64,000 nucleotides of DNA from contig CM041465.1 in assembly GCA_023213395.1 (NCBI GenBank), positions 94,433,741 through 94,497,740 on the forward strand, given 5' to 3'. The stretch's first letter is position 1, and the number at the start of each line of letters is the position of its first letter. This document shows, one piece after another, positions 22,701 to 35,147 of the stretch. A model generated the notes under the pieces. It made no database searches, was not told the DNA's origin, and saw only the letters and a program-made list of their open reading frames with translations. This stretch comes from Cycas panzhihuaensis (taxonomy: Eukaryota; Plantae; Cycadophyta). The position numbers and the translations under genes are program-made.

Positions 22701-25700
22701 TAGATCATCTTAATTACAGAAACATCGCATTAATGAAAATGTTGAAAATGGTAGAAGGATTCCATTTATTTCATATTTAGAAGGTGTGTGTAAAGGGCGT
22801 ATGTATGGGAAGCATTATCACTATCCTTTTATTTGGGGTAGTGCTTGAAGAGCCAAGGAGAAGCTTAAACCCGTGTATACAGACTTGATGGAGCCCTTCT
22901 CAAACCCTTTCATATTAAAATCTTGATATACTTTGGTGTTTGTAGATGACTACACTAGAAAGCCTTAGGTTTACTTTTTCAAGAATAAGTTAGATGTGTT
23001 TGATTGCTTTCATGATTGAAAAGTAAGCATCAAAGATGAATGTGACAAAAATATAAAAATATTGATGAGTAATAATGGTAAAGAATATGACAATCGTGTG
23101 TTTAATCAGTTCTACTGAGATTATGATATAAAATAAGAGTTTACAGTCTTTTATATCCTACAATAGAATGGTGTTACAAAGAGAAATAACTGTGCCATGA
23201 TAGAAATGGCAAGGTGTATGATATATTAAAAAACCCATCACAATGTTTTGGATGTGTATTGTAACTCATTTACATTCTAAACGAGGTATCCACTCAAGCA
23301 ATTTGAAGCATGACCCTTGAAGAAAAATAGATTAGTCATTAATCAACCATTAGCTATTTGAAAACATTTGGGTACATAGCACATGCATATATCCTTGATG
23401 ATAATCACAAGAAGTTGGATTACAAGAGTTTAAAGTGCATGTTTATGGGGTATTTTGATCAGAATAAAGCTTGTAAACTTTGGGATCCGTAAGGGGAGAA
23501 AAATTATGATTAATAAGGATGTTAAATTTAATGAGTCATCAATGTATCATGCTAAGAAGTCATCAGAAGAGCCTTTTTACCCCCCACTACTTCCATTTCT
23601 GAATTCAACAGTTGAAGAGGATGATGAGCCAGTCACTATGATTCAAGAGTAGGTTGGATTGAGTGGAGAAGGTAATAGTGAGGCGCTATCACATGAAGAA
23701 GTACCTATAGCACCAAGTTATTATATACCATTATGGGCAAGGAAGACGGTAGAGGATTTCAATCTGATGATGTAGAACCTTGTTGATGATAGAAGAATTA
23801 TAAGCCAATATGTTTGTTAGAATTTAGTGGTCAATACTGATGACTCCAATGATCCTATTTTGTATGACGAATTAAAGGACAATCCACGATGGAGAGTTAC
23901 AATGGAGGAGTATGGCTCAATCATGAAGAATTCCACATGGGATTTAGTTCCCTTACCTCTGAAAAAGAACCTAGTTAAATGCAAGTGAATCTATAAGACA
24001 AAGTTCTGCTCCGATGGAAAAACAGACAAGCATAAGGCTCAGCTTATTACTGAAGGGTTTAAACAAAAGGAAGAAATTGATTATGAGGAGACATTTGCAC
24101 TACTCTCCATGATAACCACAATCCAATTAATCATTTTCTTAGTAGTTGCATATGGTTGGGAGTTACACCAGATGGATGTTAAGTCCACGCTTTTTAATGG
24201 GGAGATTTATATATTATAGCCTTTGAGATTCATTAAAAAAAGCTAAGTGCATCTTGTGTGCCATTTGAAGAAATCACTCTATAGCCTAAAATAATCACCC
24301 TATACTTGGTATGGTAAGATTGATGTTAAATTAAAAGAAGAAGGTTTTGTTGCTATAAACTTGGAGCCGAATCTGTATGTTAAAAGGAGTAGGACTTTGA
24401 TAGTCATTATTGTGTTATATGTTGATGATTTAATCATTGGAGGCAACTGTAATAAGACTATTATTCAAATTAAATCCAATTTAGGAGCTACCTTTGATAT
24501 GAAAGACTTCGGGCCTCTATATTACTTTTTTAGCATTGAAGTTAGGCAAATAGAAGATAGGATCGCGATGTTGTAGATTCAATATGTGAAGAACCTAATG
24601 GAGAAATTCAGGATACAGGATTACAAGCTGGTTGCAACATCATATGTTAAATGTGCAAAGCTGTAGAAAGACATGGCTAAATCCTCTGTAGATGGAATAC
24701 TATACCGTCAATTGGTAGGAAGTCTGATCTATTTGACTCATATCAGACTAGATATCACCTATGTTATTGGATTGGTTTCACGATATATGTAAAATCCTCA
24801 AGAACCACATTGGGTTACAACAATGTAGATTCTAAACTACTTGAAAAGAACACTTAACCTTGGTTTTCAACACCTTTGTGGGGAAGAGACAAAGTTGTAC
24901 GACTCTACTAATGTTGATTAACGAAGTGACTTTAATGTTAAAAAATTCACCACTGGATATATCTTTAGCATTGACAATGGATTTGTTTCACAGTAATCGA
25001 AGTTGTATGGTTGGAAGGTCTTTTTGAAGTTCTTGGAGTGTCATATGGAACCCCAATTATTTTTGTTAATAATCAAAGTATTACTCACTTATCAAAGAAT
25101 CATAAGTTTCATGCTTGTACAAAACATATTGAGATACAACACCACTGCATCCATGAACAGATCAAATTAGGGAAGCTGCAGGTCGACTATTGTCTGAGTG
25201 AATATCAATTTACAGATATCTTTACCAAAGCATTTACTGAAGATCAAGTCACAAAGACATGTACCAAATTGGGACTCATAGAAGTTATCCTTGAGGGGGG
25301 ATGTATCGACAAGGATAAAGGGATATGATATTTCAAACCTTTATAATAACTAAACTATAGTAGGTTCTCCATATTCACATTAAGAGGGGATGTTAGCGTG
25401 GCAGTTAATTATTAAGTCACTTGTTAATGTTAATATGTAGTTTAATTATGTAATTAACAAAACTGTGTGAGTTATTTAGAGGGACACAACCTTTAAGGGT
25501 TGACACATTTTGACAGATTATAAATATTCTGAAATCCCTTGTATATTCATATCAATCAAGTTAGAATCAATGTGATTGATAAATATTTGTGGTGGATTTG
25601 TTTCTGAAAGGGTTTCCCACGTATATCCTGTGTACTATGTAATTGTTCTCTGTTTATTTTGTTTACTTGCTTGTTGTGTATGGAAAAGATTTTGCAGTAG

Positions 25701-25712
25701 ACATGTATGCGT
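19783..25712 (+). mobile_element. Decayed Ty1/copia element C nested in the gypsy gag
   Basis: 5' LTR 19783-20125, PBS TGGTATTAGGGC at 20126, gag ATG ~21479, INT/RT/RNaseH fragments (LYVDDL, TKHIEIQHH, DIFTK), PPT TAAGAGGGGA. The 3' LTR 25391-~25712 lacks its last ~20 bp, so no TSD is confirmed. Confidence 0.92.
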
Positions 25713-27066
25713 AAGGAGACATGGAACAATTTTCTCCTGACTTAGAAAAATAAAACAAATAATATCAATAAAATGTTATTGTCACAAATTCACACATTTG
25801 GTATATAAGGTCCAAGACCTCTTCTAAAGCCTTAGAATAAAACTATTCATAGATCACAAACAAGGGTCATGGTTGATGTAAGGTTCATAAACCCAAAATT
25901 TCAATAAAAGACATGAATTTAGTTAATGGACATGAACTCAAGTTGAAGAATATACACTAATCCTCAATGTTAAAGAATACTTAGTGTTTTAATGATGGAA
26001 ACATCACAAATGATGGAGAAACAAACATCAAAACTTCAAAAACATAAAAGGATAGTTTTAAAAAGGATGACAAAGATCAACGGGACACACCAAAAGAAGG
26101 GCACATGTTATTCTTGTAACAAACAATGGAGCAAGAGACACAAGTACCTAAAATAATGACCATACTTAGTCCTACTAATAGACTACTTAGTCATGCTAAT
26201 AGACAAGGAAGGAAAACAAGACAATGGCCCAAAATATGAAGTAGGTTATGAGGAGATGGTAGAGACTTATTGTAAAAGAATTCGACACAAAAATGAGAAA
26301 GTGTTGTTGTTATTATTATTGGTAATCATAGGGATAAACAGACTTGAAACGTTAAAAAATGGAGGTCTTGGCGAAAAAGAGAAGCCAAAGACCTTAATTG
26401 GTTTAGGCAACGTTACCACTTTGAATGATATGGCGAAAAAGAATATATTTGCCAATATTAAAGATCCTAGAATTTGGTGTAATGGAAGTTTATGGAAGCA
26501 TAGTTTACTATAGAGGTTTTTATTAAAAGTTCGTTTTAGAAATGGGGAAAATAATAATTCAAATTTATTTTTATATTATCTCTCTAGGTGAAGTAGATAT
26601 ACTTTAGTACAATGATGTGATTTAGGATTGATTCAAACAAGTTTTACTAAAATTTTAACATAATAGGAAGAGGGTAATATTTTAGAGCATAATGTTTTCT
26701 AAAACACAATAATCTTGGCACATTGAATGGAGAAGTATATAAAAAGGGGACATTATAGTGTAATAGGCTAATTATTCTACCTTTAAGGAAGAAAAACATT
26801 GAAAGAAAAGAAGTTGCCTAATGTGGATCACACAAATGAGAAATTATGAAGGATATGTTCAAAATTTTCACATGAATTGTTCCTCGATAAGGGAATGAAA
26901 CATATAATTGAGATAAAACTTGGTTAAATACCTAGTACAATTAGACCACACCAACATCTATATCATTATAAAAATAAAATTAAACAATTAATGTAAGAAT
27001 TATTGGTATCAGAGTTTACAGTATAGAGTTAAAGGCCATTAACAATAGTTATTTTGGTGAGAAAAT

Positions 27067-30000
27067 TGTTAGAATATTGAAGTACTAGGGAAATTTAAGG
27101 AGATATTTTAAGTAATGCACATTTATATGATGTAGGCTATAAATGTGGTAGGCTGCTACTCAAAAAGTAAAAGTGTATTACATAGAGTTGTGTACTATCA
27201 TTTGTACATATAAGATATTATGTCAAGTCAATAAAATAAAGGTATATCATGAAACCATTTATGATCCTGGTATTGTTTGCATATTATTTTTGTTTATTGT
27301 TATTTTATTATGGTATCAAAGCTAAAGTGATTATCAAAGCCAAAGTGAAATATCAGAGCTCAAAATGAAGATCAGAAAGATGTTATGTAGATTTGTCAGT
27401 TGTGAGGTGATTTTGTTGTATTAGTGAGCCTGTTGTTTTTAAGGAGGTGGTTTCGCAGAGCCTATTTGCTTGTGGTCTATTGTATTTGTTATCATAGGGT
27501 TTGGGGTAGAAACCTTAATCTATGAGATTGAGTGTGACCTAGTTCTATTTCCATGGAGGTGCATTTTGGAGGTCTTTTAAACCCAGTTGTTAACATTGCA
27601 TGCTGTTTAAACTCATTTGCATCTGTTTGACTCCATTTGGTCTCAAGTCATTTCAAGTCTATTTCATTTGTTTGGCACTCCATTCAACAAGCTATTCAAA
27701 GTTGTTCCATTGTGAAATCTGAGATTAAAGTTTTTGCATATATGTGACTATAAGTGGTGTGTTCGTTGTACATCCTTGATTTTTGGAGCTATGAGATCTT
27801 CGGTGTGCCAATGAATGTATCACCAAATTTATATGACTTACCTCAATCATTCGTGATGTTTATGTTCTCCATACGCCTTATGCCTAATTGTTGTTGTGAA
27901 GAGCACTGCTTATGTTAATGTTTTGCCCTATTTCATGAGTTGTGTTGCCTACAAAATTTGTGACTTACCGCTATCTGATCACTAAATGTGGGACTTGTTG
28001 AAGTGATCTATGTGTAAAGAATTTGCCCTGTTTGAGAGATCAACTATGTGTTTATGTATGTAGTATATGTTTGTTGTGTCATTTGAAGGCGTATTTCTAT
28101 CATTTATAAGAGTTGCAAGGTTTCATTTCTTTCACCATGAAGGTAGTCAAGGTTCGAATCCTAGTGTATTTTGTCTATCCGTAACACCACCTCATCTGTT
28201 AACAATCATCCACCATACATCGAATAATCGTCCAAATCATGGAAAACCCTACTTGAAGTGGTGACTCTGCCATCAAAGATTATTATAATTGAATTTTAGA
28301 TTGATTTTTGTTTAATTCAAGCATTTTTTATCTAGTTTAGTAATATGAGAATCAATTTTTCATGCGTACATTCATAAAAAAATTGCACATGTGTGGCTTT
28401 GAACTTAGTTTTTTTTTTCAAATGTTTTAGTTCATTAAACCGAACTAAAATCAAATTTGAAGTTTGCTAGACCTTTAGTGTGTAAGCCCACAATCACCTA
28501 CAAAGATCATGCGACCAGTGAAGGGTGTTAAAATCATAATGCGCTTAATTTTAAGTTTTCAAAAAGGTATCTCTACTTTTTTTTCTTTAATATTTTCTAA
28601 ATCAGAAGTTTATTTTTCGAATCGTCTGAATCATTAGAATCTTGACTCAAATGTCATCATTTCAAACTATGATATGAGGTATTTTGAAGTTGTGTTGATC
28701 AAGAATTTATAGTTTAAACTTGATACTTTATATCGGGATCATGCATGGTAACTAAGAAATTTTATCTTTTGCATTCAAATAAACATTCTTTGTACCTATT
28801 TTTTGAACCTAGGGGAAGTCCATATTAACCTTGGAGGCTTGTTATAAAGACAATTGACTGGCTAAGAATAATTATATTTGTATTTTGGGTTCTTTCAAGG
28901 ATAAGGAGGTAAGAGGAGGTTCCAAATTTGAGAAACAAGGTTGATATTTTGAGTATGACAGAATAGTATGTTTGTTTGCTTGGTTATGTGGTTGTATGTT
29001 GCACTGTTGACTAATTTACACTTGTAATCATGGATATAGAGATGTTAGTTCCCAGATGTCATAGAGGAAGTTATGTTTTATGGACATATAGAATGAAACC
29101 TTACTTTAAATCTAAGGTTCTATGGAAATTTGCTATAGATGGGTATGATGTTCTTTTTTAGTTTTATACTCACTTGATTGTTGATGAACTTAAAAAGAAA
29201 GACAAAGAAGCACTCTCTAATTTTGTTTCTACAATGGATGAAGCATTTCTTCCAAGAATTTATCATATTAGTATTTCTAAAAAAGCATGGCATATTTTGA
29301 AATCTATTTTTGATCCTAATGTTAAGCTACCTAATGAAAAGTTAGTGATTATTGAAGAGAGAAACAAAGCTAGTAGTGAAAACTTGGAACAACCATTTGC
29401 TTCAATGGAACATTTGAGGGGGGAGATTTAAAAGACTAAATTATCAAGTGAATTGATAAGATTCTCAAGATTTTTGAGTAAACGTTTAAGAAATTACAAG
29501 TATTCAAAGTGATAAAGTTCATATTGAGCAGGTATGTTAGGAAAATATGGTTGATGAATCTATTATTAAATATGATGAGACTATTGACGAGACCACTTAT
29601 CAATATGTTAAGTGTGATGAATCTGTTGTTGGATGTGAAGAACCTATTAATGGTTGTGATGATCAAGTAAAATATTCAATTCAAGATGTCAATGTTTCTT
29701 TACTTACTTCTACACATGTTTGTATTACTTTTAAGGAGATTGTATTTAAAGTCGAAGATGAATCAAGTTTAAATTTAAATTCAAGTATTATTCCTTTTAC
29801 TGGTGATTTATTTTTATCTATTTATGTTATTGATGATTTAAGTGATATTCCAATTTCAAGTATTGATTCAAGTTTGAGTATTCATGTTTTAAAAATCGAG
29901 TGGTACAATGATTCTAGTTGTTAAAATATTTAGAAAGATTCATAAGTTGATGAAAGTAAACAAGTTGTGATTGTGATTGAGTCTAATTCAGGTGGTATTC

Positions 30001-30696
30001 TTAATATAAAATTTGACAAGATCTCAAGTAATATAAAATGATGAATCTCAAATATTTGATAAAGTTGTTGATATTGAAGATAGAAATGTGACATCAATTA
30101 ATTTGAATATGAAAAAATGATCGATAACTTTCTTATTTATAGCTAAAACTAAGTACAAAGAAGTTGAAGTAGTAATTTATAATACAATTTATCTTAGAGA
30201 GATACTACAAGATCTACATCAAACTTGAATTGAATTGATAATAATTTACTTTGATAATTAAAATATTATACAGATGTTGAATAATATAGTTTTGCAAAGT
30301 AGAATAAAACAACGAATTCAATCATTGCTACATTTAAGAGTTGATATAATAAAAATAAATTGAAGATCAAGTTATAGATATCATTATTAAGACATTTTCA
30401 AAATAAAATGTTGCAAATTAAAAATTACATTTGTGTTTCTCAAATGTGCATTAAGGGGGAGTGTTAGAAATGTTGAAGTGTTAGAGAAATTTAAGGAGAT
30501 ACTTTAGGTAATACTTGCAAGCCACAAATGTAGTGGGCTCTCACACAAAAGACAAATGTGTATTATAAATAGAGTTGTGTATTATCATTTGTGCATGTGA
30601 AGCATTATCACAAATCAATAAAATGGAAGTATCTCATAATACAATTTATGATCTTAGTATTGTTTACATATTATTTTATTCATTATTATTTTATCA
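27067..30696 (+). mobile_element. Non-autonomous copia derivative D (gag N-terminus + RNase H C-terminal scrap, pol deleted), nested in the gypsy RT
   Basis: LTRs 27067-27310 and 30462-30696, PBS TGGTATCAAAGC at 27311, PPT TTAAGGGGGAG. Gag-like W..RMK.Y..SK.LW / KKKDKEAL / SKKAW.IL at 29030-29320 and EDQVIDI..K near 30365. No INT/RT. Confidence 0.88.
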
Positions 30697-31215
30697 TGGT
30701 ATTAGAGTATGTAAAATTTCATACAAATAAGATGGCTCACCTTGTTTATGTATAATTTATAAGGCTTTTAACAAGGTTACGATAAAAATTAATATTTGAT
30801 TTTTTAGGTTGATGCATTATTATATGAACTACATAGAACTTTTTTTTTCCTCTAAAGATTGATTGAAGACCAATGAATTATCGAATAAGGACCAAGCTAT
30901 CAGATATGTATATGAACACTTTTAAAACTCATAAGGTCATTATGTATTCAAAGCAATGTCATTTGGAGTTACTAAGGGTTCTACAACATTCCATGCTATT
31001 AAGAATAATGTTTTGGTCCATTTTTTTAATTTTTAATTTTGGAAATTGTCATTAGTATTCTTTAACAATATCATAATTTAGAGTTAATGTTAGGATAAAC
31101 ATGTTTTGAATGTTAGGTTAGTCCTATAAAAATTATCAAAAAATAAGTTATTTATAAAAAATTTAAATAGAGTTTTGATTAGTAAAAAATATAATATTCA
31201 TGACATATTCAGGGT

Positions 31216-31664
31216 TGTGAGAAATACTGTTTGCATGTGTAGTTATTTAGGAGTCGTAACTTAATGTTGTGTACCTAGGGTTTTAATGTCACTTAATAGG
31301 TCATTAATGAGCATCAATTGTGATTATCTCACATAAAGGTCATTGTTTATTAGTCAAGTTATTGGTGTCACGTCATTGGTTAGATGTACAACACATCATG
31401 CTCTTTATACTTGTGTGAGTCATTATGTCAAATTTGTTGATGAGAGTATGTAAGAGAGTTGAGTTAGGTCATGATGTATTATTCCAATGATGGTCATTAT
31501 GTGCTAAACAATTGAGCATAATAAATTATCTACTAGTAGATTAATGCTACCGCAACATTTATTGAGAGAGATTTATGTTGACTATTTGATATTGTACCAT
31601 GTCAGAATTTAGGTGCATTTGATATTATTCATTCAACACATACAAACAATATCAAACATTTGCA
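31216..31664. repeat. Probable solo LTR inserted in the gypsy RT
   Basis: TG...CA bounded 449-bp block that interrupts the RT motif HI..|..GVKV.P. Flanks AGGGT/GGAGT are a degenerate TSD. Confidence 0.45.
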
Positions 31665-33742
31665 GGAGTAAGGGGTAAAGGTAAATCCCTGAAAAATTGA
31701 GGTTATAGTAAGATGGACTTCACATTAAAGCCTCACATAACTAAGATGATTATTAGGAGTAGTATGATATTATTAAAAGTCTATCTGCCAACTGTGCATT
31801 TAAAATAACTTATTGGAGAAAGTCATTAAATGGAACTCAAGAGTAGAAGAATGTTTTAAAATATTAAAAAGAAATCATAACAATTGTTTCAATAATAGTT
31901 ATTCCAAATTGCTTAAAATTCGTCATCTCAAAATGTGACATAAAATTAGAATGTTTATAATATATAATTTTGGGGGAAACGATAAGGTTAGATCTAGAAA
32001 GAGTTGAGGCTATATTGAGTTGACCTTAGTTAAGAAACTCACAAACTAAGAGGGGGATAAAGAAGACATTATTAAAATTTGGCTATAATTATGTACATAC
32101 AACAACTATCCTCACATAATTATTAAATAAAGGAACATATAGATAGGACTAAAAAGTAAGAGAACACTATAAAACATTAAAAGAAATCATGATAATCATT
32201 CTAGCACTAGTTACACAAACTTTTTAAAACCTTTCATCTTATAAGGTGACGCATTAGGGTTAAAAACATAATATTTTTACTACAAGACAGAAGGGCCATT
32301 GACACGGAGAATAGGAAGGTAAGCAATAAAGAAAAGATATATATTTACTTATGATAAGAATAGATGACCAATTCCTAGTACAATAGAAATGGAAAACTAA
32401 AATCTAAGCCTTTAATTTTGATTAGCCTAGAAAAAAGGTAAAATTTAGTGTATTAGTATATGCATCATTGATAAAGTCAAATGAGGGTAAACTATATATA
32501 GGAAGCACCATATAGTTGGGCCATATTACATTTATACATTTGAAATATATGAAATATTGGTAAACTTGATGAAAAAATTGGAGAATTAAAAATAATAAAA
32601 CATACATAAGGAGATTTCAAATGGAAAAATGGTATTCTATGGTAGAAGGGAAGACTATATTTGACACTTATCTCAAAATTCAAAGAGAAAGCACTTTAAA
32701 AACTCTGTATAATTTTTATGGCATGGGACATTGTGTTTCTTAAAACATATTAAAAGGCATGTAAAACATCTTTTATAAGGGGCTAAAAAGTGATATATAA
32801 CAATTCATAGTTATATGCAACATTTACAAAAAGAAACAAATATGAAAATGTTAAGATTTTAGTACTTTAATAGCCATTACTAATTCTATAACAAAAGCAG
32901 AAGACCATATCTATAGACTTTACTAATAGGCTTTGGAAATTTGAAGATAAATATAAATGATATAAACTTTCAATTTATGAGTAACTTTTGCAAGGGATTA
33001 TTTAAATAATGGGAACCATCCATAGTTGGATGGTCAAATGGAGATATGACAAATAAAGGCATTCAAAGCTGCCTATATATTTAGGTCACTAATAAGTAAA
33101 AGGAATGGGTCCAATAGCTTCTATTAGAAAAATTATGGAATGATATGACTTATCACATACATATAAAATAAACATGTTGTAATTCAAAGCATATATTAGA
33201 CATAAAACATCATTTATAAAATATTAGTTAAGTAAAAATTTTAAGGTTCTAGTTATTAAGGAGCATGTAGATGAAAACAATAGTAACTTTCAAACAAAAA
33301 TTGATAATAGCCCAAAATAGGATAAAACTATAAGAAAACCAACATAAAGTGAAGGAGACTCTCAACTAGGAGGTTGGGTTCATGTTATATCAAAACCTTA
33401 TAAACATAATTCCCTTAAGGAAAATTAAAAAGGAAAAGCAATTCAAAGGTTTTACAAGCCTTTCTAGACCTCATTAAATATAGAGGAAGCTTGAAGAAGT
33501 GGATTGTGTATGAGTTCCATTGGCAACGAGGATGCATGATGTTTGCGACACTTCTTGCCTTAAGAAGAAGATTGGTTTATAAATTCCTATACAAATGAAA
33601 CCCATAGCTTTAAATAAAGAATAAAGGCTAGTATTATAACTTGAAGTTATTTTTTAAGAATAAGTTAACCAATTAAGATCCAATACTAATTAAGAGAATA
33701 TAATTAAATAGAAATAATTACCTAAAAAATATATTTAGTAGG

Positions 33743-34032
33743 TGTTAGAATAATATTTAATCCATAGTTATTGTAACCATTCATGTTGCATCCCTCAATT
33801 ATTACACACTCTTAATTGATATAAATAGGTACACAAGTGTTTCTCATAGATGAATACTCTTAATATTTGAGCAACTTTATGAATAATCACAAATTTTCAT
33901 ATATTTATTATAATTTTTCTCAAACTTCTCATGGTCTTTTATGAGATATATGTCTCTCTCTATATGTATATATTCATATTAAAAAATAATAGAAAAATAT
34001 AATAGTAAATATTTCTAACTTGGTATTAGAGT
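33743..34032 (+). mobile_element. LTR + PBS of a truncated LTR element
   Basis: TGTTAGAA...TTCTAAC(T) with terminal inverted repeat, followed by TGGTATTAGAGT at 34021. No partner LTR recognised. Confidence 0.6.
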
Positions 34033-35147
34033 GGAAACAAGTTTAAATTCACTCATGAAGCTAATATAGATTTGTTTAATCATCGAGGACATCATATTTA
34101 TCACCATTTTGGTAGGGTAACACCTACTCTTGTTATGCATATATTATTAGTTATATATTCTTATATATTTATATTTCAAGCGTGATAGTAATAAATATTT
34201 GATTATATATGTTTGTGATTGTTAAATATTATAAATATTTTAGACGAGAAATAGTAGCATAATATAGGTGAAAAAAAGTAAGAGAGAAGTACTTGCTTGG
34301 TTATTATTTTTTCCAATAGATTTGTATACGGTTTTTTGATAATATTTGTAAGCAATTTGGTTCAAGCTAATGGATAAGTTTTCTCTATGTTCAGTTAACA
34401 TTGTATAAGATATTATAGAAAAAACATGGCTATAAAAATCAAATGGTTAGCTTTAGTGCAAAGATAGTGCCTTGTGTTCAAATTCTTGAGAGTTGTTGGT
34501 GATTATTGGATTTCATTGGACATTGTGGGTTTCATGTAATAGTAGCAGTGAATAGAGGTGAGCATGGCCCTGTTAGCATATTAATCTTATGCTTTGAACC
34601 CATGCTTGTAATTCCTTAATAGTTATAGATGCCAAGTATCTTCTAGATATGACAATAAATAAAGGATTATATTTGATTATAGGTGCTCCAACTATAGGTG
34701 TGAAAAATTAAATATTTTTGTTTAACCTCTAAGGGCACTTATCATATCCTCTATGTTTAAAATATATGCTATTTTAGCCAATAACTATGGTAACTATTTA
34801 AGGGAATTTTTGGATGTGGACTTCAACACATATTAAGATGTGGGTTTGCTTTTACCAACAAGTACTATCATGGTGGTCTTTGGACAAGCTACTAGCTTAA
34901 TTTTTTGTTGAAAGAGTTATTTTTATGTTTCTGGGTGTAATGATAAATGATAAATGTATATTTTTAAATTTATATTTATGGGTTACATGAAAGATAATGG
35001 ATCAATACAACATAGTATTTGGCATTTTTTTGTTATTTTACTTATGGTTTTCTTAGCATGTTTGCTATGTTCGATAGTAGAAATTCATTACTTCGAGATG
35101 TGATCTAGTGTTTGATCCATCATATCCTTTATTGAGTGGAAAGAAAA

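Larger units (their letters stand above)
18033..33742 (+). mobile_element. Highly decayed chromovirus-type Ty3/gypsy element, split by three nested insertions
   Basis: Putative 5' LTR TGTAACCC.. (18033-~18650) and PBS TGGTATTAAGG at 18653. Remnants in gypsy order: gag (~19300-19780, 25720-26150, KKGTCYSCNKQWSKRHK), RT (26880-27066 H.IE.....P...RP; 30729 DGSPCLCI.Y.A.NKVT.K; 31670 GVKV.P.KIE.I..W), RNase H, integrase, chromodomain-like EY.IK(W)K.LP at ~33700. No 3' LTR found. Confidence 0.7.

Noticed and set aside
26992-27020. TGGTATCAGAGT at ~27005 as a PBS
   Set aside because: It lies in-frame in decayed gypsy RT (ELLVSEF) with no LTR end before it.
28105-28180. Intact tRNA gene
   Set aside because: Only a T-arm/B-box is present; no acceptor, D or anticodon stems.
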